Shown here in pieces: positions 15,294 to 20,000 of a stretch of DNA of 20,000 nucleotides (positions within the stretch are counted from its first letter, which is position 1; every line of letters begins with the position of its first letter). This DNA comes from an uncultured virus (IMG/VR IMGVR_UViG_3300037070_004147) (Duplodnaviria; Heunggongvirae; Uroviricota; Caudoviricetes), in IMG/VR virus record IMGVR_UViG_3300037070_004147; one strand, given 5' to 3'. The translations under genes and the position numbers were made by a program. The notes beneath the pieces were generated by a model. That model had not been told where the DNA came from and did no database searches. It was given only the letters and a program-made list of their open reading frames with translations.

Positions 15294-15471
15294 CTTTAAT
15301 CATCCGCCACGCCTCTTTGCCGACATCCGGCCACACCTTCTCCATGGCGCACATCAGATCATCAAGCGGCCGGTTGATTGGCTGCGGCGGCTTGTCGTGA
15401 TGGTGGTGCTCACGCACCAGCTGACAGAGGTGGATGTACGTTTCAACGGCATATTTGGGCACCTTCATCAT
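15280..15471 (-). CDS. Hypothetical protein (63 aa)
   Basis: GGAGG RBS, ATGA overlap. Confidence 0.65.
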   Translation of the reverse strand: MMKVPKYAVETYIHLCQLVREHHHHDKPPQPINRPLDDLMCAMEKVWPDVGKEAWRMIKDGRG

Positions 15472-15692
15472 TCCTCCGGTGTCGGCGGTGTGATGCGCTG
15501 GAAGCTATGGATGCAGAGCCCGTCAAAGCCCTCTCCCTCCGTCGCCATAATCGAACGCTCCCAAAGTTCGATCTGCTGTGGGGTGATGGCCACCTCCGGA
15601 TCGTGCCACAGGAAAGAACGGCCGGCGCCCTGGCGATAGTACCAGCCGACGAGATACATATCGAGATTGCGCTGCTTAACGTCCGCCATCAC
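15468..15692 (-). CDS. Hypothetical protein (74 aa)
   Basis: Overlaps at both ends. Confidence 0.65.
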   Translation of the reverse strand: MMADVKQRNLDMYLVGWYYRQGAGRSFLWHDPEVAITPQQIELWERSIMATEGEGFDGLCIHSFQRITPPTPEE

Positions 15693-15844
15693 TCTGGATC
15701 CAATTCCATCGGAATAACTTCGCAGTTGGCCGAATCCTCGTGCTCGCTGACATACCGATTCGCGGCTTCCTCCGTCGCAAATGCAGCTAACACCACAGTG
15801 TCGTAAGACGTTGTGACATACGTCACTACGTAAACCTCACTCAT
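15689..15844 (-). CDS. Small phage protein (51 aa, MSEVYVVTY..AAFATEEAA..), below ORF-track cutoff
   Basis: AAGGA RBS; VYxV..FxTxExA pattern common in phage small proteins; fills gap exactly. Confidence 0.7.
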   Translation of the reverse strand: MSEVYVVTYVTTSYDTVVLAAFATEEAANRYVSEHEDSANCEVIPMELDPE

Positions 15845-16049
15845 TTTCCTTTCGCTCCCTGTGCGCTGCCGACTTATCGCTAATCATCTCCCGCAGGAGT
15901 GAAAGCTTATACGATAGAGGTAGATGGCGAAGCACCTCCCAGCTGGTGCAGCCGTAGCCGCGATCTGCGATTGCGTTCGGGCACGCCGTGTTAACCATCG
16001 CTCGTGCACTGCGAAGCGCATCGCGCTCACTGATCTCCCTGGTTGCCAT
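15837..16049 (-). CDS. Hypothetical protein (70 aa)
   Basis: GGAGG RBS. Confidence 0.65.
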   Translation of the reverse strand: MATREISERDALRSARAMVNTACPNAIADRGYGCTSWEVLRHLPLSYKLSLLREMISDKSAAHRERKENE

Positions 16050-16323
16050 CTTCCTCCCGCTCCCTGCGAATCAACTCTTGGCTACGCAAGTCTACCATAG
16101 CCGGCCGGTCCACACGGACTACTCTCGCGGGCGGCGGCATGGTGGCGGAAATCCGCGCATCGCGTTCGCGCTCGAGGTCGCGAAGGCGGGTGACGACGCT
16201 GACGGTGCGAAGATCAGCCTTTCGCGTCGTCTCAATTGCGCTGTTGGCCTCACTCTGGAGAACGACGATCTCCTCTAGAAGCTCGTTGTCGGTGAGATAT
16301 TTTGGCTGCTTAAGCATAGGCAA
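16027..16323 (-). CDS. Hypothetical protein (about 97 aa)
   Basis: GGAGG RBS; LTDNELLEEI helix. Confidence 0.65.
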   Translation of the reverse strand: MPMLKQPKYLTDNELLEEIVVLQSEANSAIETTRKADLRTVSVVTRLRDLERERDARISATMPPPARVVRVDRPAMVDLRSQELIRREREEDGNQGDQ

Positions 16324-16377
16324 TCTTCCTCCCAGTGGGTCATTTTGGAAAAGGCCTATGCGGCCTATGAGTTTTGT

Positions 16378-16746
16378 TTAATCCCATGCACTTGGGAGCA
16401 CCCTCCCGTAGTCTTTTCGGGTCGAAATGTTCTCGTCCGGCGTTCCGGTTTGAGTCTCGGTTCGTTCCGGTATCTGATAGCCGAACTTCTCGGCGCAGAA
16501 CTGGAACGCGTTGCGCGCAGCGCTCTCTGTGTCGAACGGCTCATAACCAGCCTCACGGGCCAGCCATGCCCACGGCTCATCGTCGTACATTTTACGCCCG
16601 TCGCGCCCGCTCGGCAGTTTAAAGCGATCGTAGGTCATTCCTTCGGCCTCCTCATCCGCGTTACGTTCCCTGGCTTCGCGCCCGCCAGCTTCTCGGCCGA
16701 CCAGCAGACGCCGATCACGCTCGTCTGGCTGGTCGCGCTCGGTCAT
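16378..16746 (-). CDS. Hypothetical protein; alternative start at 16638
   Basis: ATGA overlap at 16743-16746; second RBS+ATG at 16638. Confidence 0.6.
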   Translation of the reverse strand: MTERDQPDERDRRLLVGREAGGREARERNADEEAEGMTYDRFKLPSGRDGRKMYDDEPWAWLAREAGYEPFDTESAARNAFQFCAEKFGYQIPERTETQTGTPDENISTRKDYGRVLPSAWD

Positions 16747-16813
16747 ATAAGTAATCGCCACGACGATATGTTTCCGACTAACCGACTGCGCTCGTCCGGC
16801 TGGGGCTCTGGGG

Positions 16814-17158
16814 TCACTCCGGTTTGACTGGCCATATTATCTCGTTCAACCCGGCCACCTCAGCGCTCAATATCTCCACTCGTGCCGTGAGCGCCGCGAC
16901 CTGATCTCCTAAAGCCCAAGCATCCGACCTGTGGTTATCCCGCTCTGCCGTGAGAGCCGCGACCTGGGCGATAAGGCGCGCATTTCGGTCCAGCGCCTTA
17001 GTGATGCGAAATTCTTTGGTTTCCGCCTCTTCCGTGAGCGCCGCGACCTGGGCGCGCAGGGCGGTGATCTCGTCGGCAGCCTCCAACACTGTCTCGTGGG
17101 TCTGCTCATCGTAACCGAAGATAGCTATGTCGTCCAACCTCTTAATGATGTCCCTCAT
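16814..17158 (-). CDS. Coiled-coil phage protein, MxDIxxRL..EAADEI family
   Basis: MRDIIKRL, EAADEITALRAQVAALT, three QVAALT repeats. Confidence 0.8.
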   Translation of the reverse strand: MRDIIKRLDDIAIFGYDEQTHETVLEAADEITALRAQVAALTEEAETKEFRITKALDRNARLIAQVAALTAERDNHRSDAWALGDQVAALTARVEILSAEVAGLNEIIWPVKPE

Positions 17159-17172
17159 GGCTCCACCGCCAG
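17147..17172 (-). repeat. Gene-junction repeat, copy 1 (26 bp, 2 mismatches)
   Basis: gatgtccctcatggctccaccgccag. Confidence 0.8.
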
Positions 17173-17643
17173 CACTCTGTTAATCGCCACCACCGTGTCG
17201 GTGTCGAGTTCCTCGGCGCCGTAGTATTCCACGACCTCGCGGAGGAGCGCCTTGATCATCCGAACATCGCGTTCAGCCACCTTTAGATTCATGTCAGCTT
17301 TGATCGCATCAAGTTCCGATTTGCCGTACTTAGCAAGCGCACCGTCTCGCTCTGCCTTGAGGGTTGCGACCTCAGCCTGAAGGTTTGAGATCGTGAATGC
17401 GTCCGCATCGGCCATAGGCAGCAGATCGCTAATATCAGCCTTGAGGGCATCAATCTTATCGCGGAGTCTCGTGGTTTCCTTGATGGCGCCCTCATCTCGG
17501 ATATCAGAGAGTCGTTCTCTTGCGGTGAAAGACGCTACCTGGGCGCGCAGATCGTTAATCTCGGCAATTGCATCCTCCATGACCCATTGCTCTGCGCCGC
17601 CATCGCCTGTCCATTTTTGGAGCCGCTCAACGATGTCGCTCAT
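17155..17643 (-). CDS. Coiled-coil phage protein, MSDIVERL family (paralog of 16814..17158)
   Basis: MSDIVERL, DAIAEINDLRAQVA; ends LAVEP. Confidence 0.8.
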   Translation of the reverse strand: MSDIVERLQKWTGDGGAEQWVMEDAIAEINDLRAQVASFTARERLSDIRDEGAIKETTRLRDKIDALKADISDLLPMADADAFTISNLQAEVATLKAERDGALAKYGKSELDAIKADMNLKVAERDVRMIKALLREVVEYYGAEELDTDTVVAINRVLAVEP

Positions 17644-17669
17644 GGCTCCACCGTCAGGGCGGCGCGGAG
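17632..17669 (-). repeat. Gene-junction repeat, copy 2 (38 bp)
   Basis: gatgtcgctcatggctccaccgtcagggcggcgcggag. Confidence 0.9.
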
Positions 17670-17849
17670 TGTAGCAGCCATCTTGATACGCAAATACTGA
17701 GAATAAGGACCGCCGTCGTAAGCAGCCGGCGAGTCTTTACACCATTCTCGTATCGCTCGATCCACCATTGCATCATCGATTGATGCTGGCGAGGGTGGTA
17801 AGGCCGTCACCGAATAATGGGTGAACTGTGGTCGTTTGATGTCGCTCAT
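17640..17849 (-). CDS. Hypothetical protein (69 aa, MSDIKRP...LRAALTVEP)
   Basis: ATGA overlaps at both ends, both inside junction repeats. Confidence 0.75.
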   Translation of the reverse strand: MSDIKRPQFTHYSVTALPPSPASIDDAMVDRAIREWCKDSPAAYDGGPYSQYLRIKMAATLRAALTVEP

Positions 17850-17875
17850 GGCTCCACCGTCAGGGCAGCGCGGAG
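17838..17875 (-). repeat. Gene-junction repeat, copy 3 (38 bp, 1 mismatch to copy 2)
   Basis: gatgtcgctcatggctccaccgtcagggcagcgcggag. Confidence 0.9.
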
Positions 17876-18073
17876 GATGTTGCGGGCTTGGTCGGGCGTG
17901 ATGCCTTCGTACAGGCGTTTCACCCGCTCCACCATCTCCTCCAGCGCCTCCCCTTCGCACATGGCGGCGAGGACGGCGGCCGCATCCGGCACCCAATGAT
18001 GCCATAGGTCCGGATGCTCGCTCTTGCTCAACTTTGCAAGCTTCTGCGCCATCGCTTCGATCAGCTTGCTCAT
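17846..18073 (-). CDS. Hypothetical protein (75 aa, MSKLIEAMA...LRAALTVEP)
   Basis: GGAGG RBS, ATGA overlap at 18070-18073. Confidence 0.75.
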   Translation of the reverse strand: MSKLIEAMAQKLAKLSKSEHPDLWHHWVPDAAAVLAAMCEGEALEEMVERVKRLYEGITPDQARNILRAALTVEP

Positions 18074-18354
18074 GCCTCCCACACTACCTTCTCGCCATCA
18101 CCGCTGGCGTGTTTGTTGATTGCCTCACCGGCTTCATCTTTCGTAGCGTACGCCTCGCCCAGGGTTGCGTTCTCTGCCATGTATTTCGGCCTGCCGTTCT
18201 TATCTATTGTGGTCCAGAACATGCTTGAGAATTCACAGAACTCTGCCGAGTAGCCGAATCCATTAATATAACGGATGCGGTATCGAGTGCCGAACCAGCT
18301 TTTGATCCACTCCCAAGCTTCCTGATACGCCAGAGTCATGTGATCTTCTGCCAT
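18070..18354 (-). CDS. Phage hypothetical protein (94 aa)
   Basis: GGAGG RBS; YRI..W..YxTxxEA..VVWE pattern. Confidence 0.75.
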   Translation of the reverse strand: MAEDHMTLAYQEAWEWIKSWFGTRYRIRYINGFGYSAEFCEFSSMFWTTIDKNGRPKYMAENATLGEAYATKDEAGEAINKHASGDGEKVVWEA

Positions 18355-18372
18355 TAACTCGTCCTCCCCGAT

Positions 18373-18416
18373 ATACGCGAGCGCATATTTTCCTCAGATT
18401 ATATACGCTCGCATAT
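18373..18416 (-). other. 16-bp intergenic hairpin
   Basis: AUAUGCGAGCGUAUAU-[AAUCUGAGGAAA]-AUAUGCGCUCGCGUAU, two G-U pairs on minus strand. Confidence 0.65.
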
Positions 18417-18421
18417 CACGA

Positions 18422-18928
18422 TCAGCAGGTGCCGGCTGCCGCACACTGCCGAGCATTATTCCGCTTAGTGGCGCCAGCGGAGTTGGACTTGAAGCCGTTA
18501 GCGGTGGACGCCTTCTGTCCGGTCCCATCGTTGCCAACCGCGGAGACGAAGTCGCTCCGCTGCTTGCCGGGAACAACGACGCTATATCCAGCGCCATGGC
18601 CAAGGCCGGTGAAGGGGACGACGGTGCCGCCGGTCTTCTTGGCGTAAGCCTTGGCGGCCGAGTAGGCGCCGCTCATCGAGATGAACGCGGGACAGTCGTT
18701 GCTGCAGCTTTGATTGCCGTAGCTGCCGACGGCCACGCTGCCGCCGGTGTTGTTGGGCTGCACCGTGTGATTGATGACCGAGCCGGTGATGGTGCCGCCC
18801 AGGCCGTTGAACTCGTTATTGCTGGTGCAACAGCTGCTACCGAAGCCGTCAGCCTGTCCGGTCTTGGGATCGCCAGCATATGCAGCGGTGCCGAGCGCAA
18901 GCGCGGCAAAGAGGATGCAGTATTTCAT
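18422..18928 (-). CDS. Secreted Gly/Ser/Asn-rich protein with six mature Cys
   Basis: AAGGGA RBS; signal peptide ending AYA-G; CC, CxxxC, C-terminal CAAAGTC. Confidence 0.8.
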   Translation of the reverse strand: MKYCILFAALALGTAAYAGDPKTGQADGFGSSCCTSNNEFNGLGGTITGSVINHTVQPNNTGGSVAVGSYGNQSCSNDCPAFISMSGAYSAAKAYAKKTGGTVVPFTGLGHGAGYSVVVPGKQRSDFVSAVGNDGTGQKASTANGFKSNSAGATKRNNARQCAAAGTC

Positions 18929-18963
18929 TCCGTTTTCCCTTTCGTTTCAGTTAAGTAGGCACG

Positions 18964-19155
18964 TTAGTTTTCTGTGTGGCCATGCCTCCACTGCGATTCG
19001 GTCAGTCCCTGCAAGAGCTTCTGCCATGTCTCGACGGTTGCCTGGATCTCCCGGTACCGCTTGCTATGGGTGTCCAGAAACTCACAGCTTTTCAGTAGGC
19101 TGAGAATCATATTAACCCTGTCGAGGTCGGAGGCTTCTGAGCTATAGTGGCTCAC
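18964..19155 (-). CDS. Hypothetical protein (63 aa)
   Basis: GTGA overlap. Confidence 0.6.
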   Translation of the reverse strand: MSHYSSEASDLDRVNMILSLLKSCEFLDTHSKRYREIQATVETWQKLLQGLTESQWRHGHTEN

Positions 19156-19373
19156 GGCTTTAGTCCCCGGATGTCCTCGACCAACTCCCGGATCATGCGG
19201 TCCATTTCGCGCATGAGGGTGTGGACGCTAACTTCTTTAGGTGGCACCTTACCCCATTGCGCCGCCTCGAATTCAGCGTGTGCTGCTTCGATCTCTTTCT
19301 CCAAGAGTTTAGCGGCCATCTCCAGACCTTGACGGACGCCGTCTTGTTCCGCCTTCTCGCACGTGCATCTCAT
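19152..19373 (-). CDS. Hypothetical protein (73 aa)
   Basis: GGAGG RBS; overlaps at both ends. Confidence 0.7.
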   Translation of the reverse strand: MRCTCEKAEQDGVRQGLEMAAKLLEKEIEAAHAEFEAAQWGKVPPKEVSVHTLMREMDRMIRELVEDIRGLKP

Positions 19374-19588
19374 TTGAGCCGATCCTCCAAAATGCCGCGG
19401 GCCGCGTTCATGACTCGCCAGGGGTATTGCGGGTCGCCGCCGGTTCTGTCCGACGCGCCGATGTCAGGGCGGACAATCCCCATGGCTCTGAGGCAGGCTT
19501 CGCGCCAGAGATGCGTTAAGATCGCGATCTTACGCCGTTGCACCTCAAGCTTATAATCCAACCTCGCCATGTCTGGTGTGTAGCTCAT
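19370..19588 (-). CDS. Hypothetical protein (72 aa)
   Basis: ATGA overlaps at both ends. Confidence 0.7.
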   Translation of the reverse strand: MSYTPDMARLDYKLEVQRRKIAILTHLWREACLRAMGIVRPDIGASDRTGGDPQYPWRVMNAARGILEDRLK

Positions 19589-19953
19589 TCGAAGTGGTCC
19601 TCGAAGTTGTCCAGCATCACCCCGTCTTCCACGCGGCCGCCGAGCGCGAAGTAAGCAATCGTGCTGGGCCAGCTATCTGGATTCCCGGCTAGACAGTTGT
19701 AATCTCCGCGGGCGATCTTCCGCAACGCAGCATCGCGAACGGAATGATCTTCCTGTAGCACCAGCTTGGCGTGACCCTCCTTGGCGTACATTTCGCTGAA
19801 TAGGGCGACCTTGCCTCGCAAGACCGATATCTTCTTCGCCGCTTCCGCGAACACCTCGGCAATCCGGACGCCGTCCAGCACCCAGGTTTTGCCGCCGTCG
19901 AATGAGCACTCCGGCAGCTTCTCAGCAAGAAGCGTCTCGAGGATATCGGTCAT
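19585..19953 (-). CDS. Hypothetical protein (122 aa, MTDILETL...)
   Basis: GAGGA RBS; MTDI start and ALRKIA motif like the 16.8-17.6 kb proteins. Confidence 0.75.
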   Translation of the reverse strand: MTDILETLLAEKLPECSFDGGKTWVLDGVRIAEVFAEAAKKISVLRGKVALFSEMYAKEGHAKLVLQEDHSVRDAALRKIARGDYNCLAGNPDSWPSTIAYFALGGRVEDGVMLDNFEDHFE

Positions 19954-20000
19954 ACGTCCTCTCCCAGAGCGACGGAGACGCTGATGCGGATGGAGTCGGC

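Larger units (their letters stand above)
1..20000. mobile_element. Bacteriophage (or prophage) early/accessory gene region
   Basis: Dozens of co-oriented short hypothetical ORFs with stop/start overlaps, a tRNA, phage-typical small protein families, no housekeeping operon; no hallmark virion or integrase gene in the window. Confidence 0.85.

Noticed and set aside
17147..17875. Junction repeats as CRISPR array or integron attC sites
   Set aside because: Spacers are 200-490 bp whole genes, repeats are coding and non-palindromic, no cas or intI gene in window
1..20000. Stop-codon reassignment or diversity-generating retroelement
   Set aside because: Genes tile tightly under the standard code; tRNA is not a suppressor; no reverse transcriptase or adenine-specific repeat pair seen

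Overview
Phage-like DNA, most likely the early/accessory arm of a tailed phage; an alphaproteobacterial host is inferred from several protein family resemblances and the tRNA style. About 65 mostly small genes are packed on the minus strand, many joined by ATGA/GTGA/TGATG overlaps. No integrase, terminase, capsid or polymerase gene is visible. Recognisable items: a 5'-truncated parallel beta-helix protein (+), a tRNA-Gln(UUG), a YkgJ/CxxCxxCC protein, a papain-fold peptidase with Gln at the catalytic Asn position, a deoxyribosyltransferase-like protein and many tiny membrane or secreted proteins. A divergent promoter region (9.8-10.1 kb) carries a candidate structured RNA and a two-gene plus-strand island. 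The most notable patterns are a 26-38 bp repeat sitting exactly on three consecutive gene junctions (17.1-17.9 kb), a recurrent GGAGCC(AAA) start-associated motif, long intergenic hairpins, bridging minigenes, and two proteins with type I secretion-like DxFxF tails. All family calls come from motif recognition by eye, not database searches.
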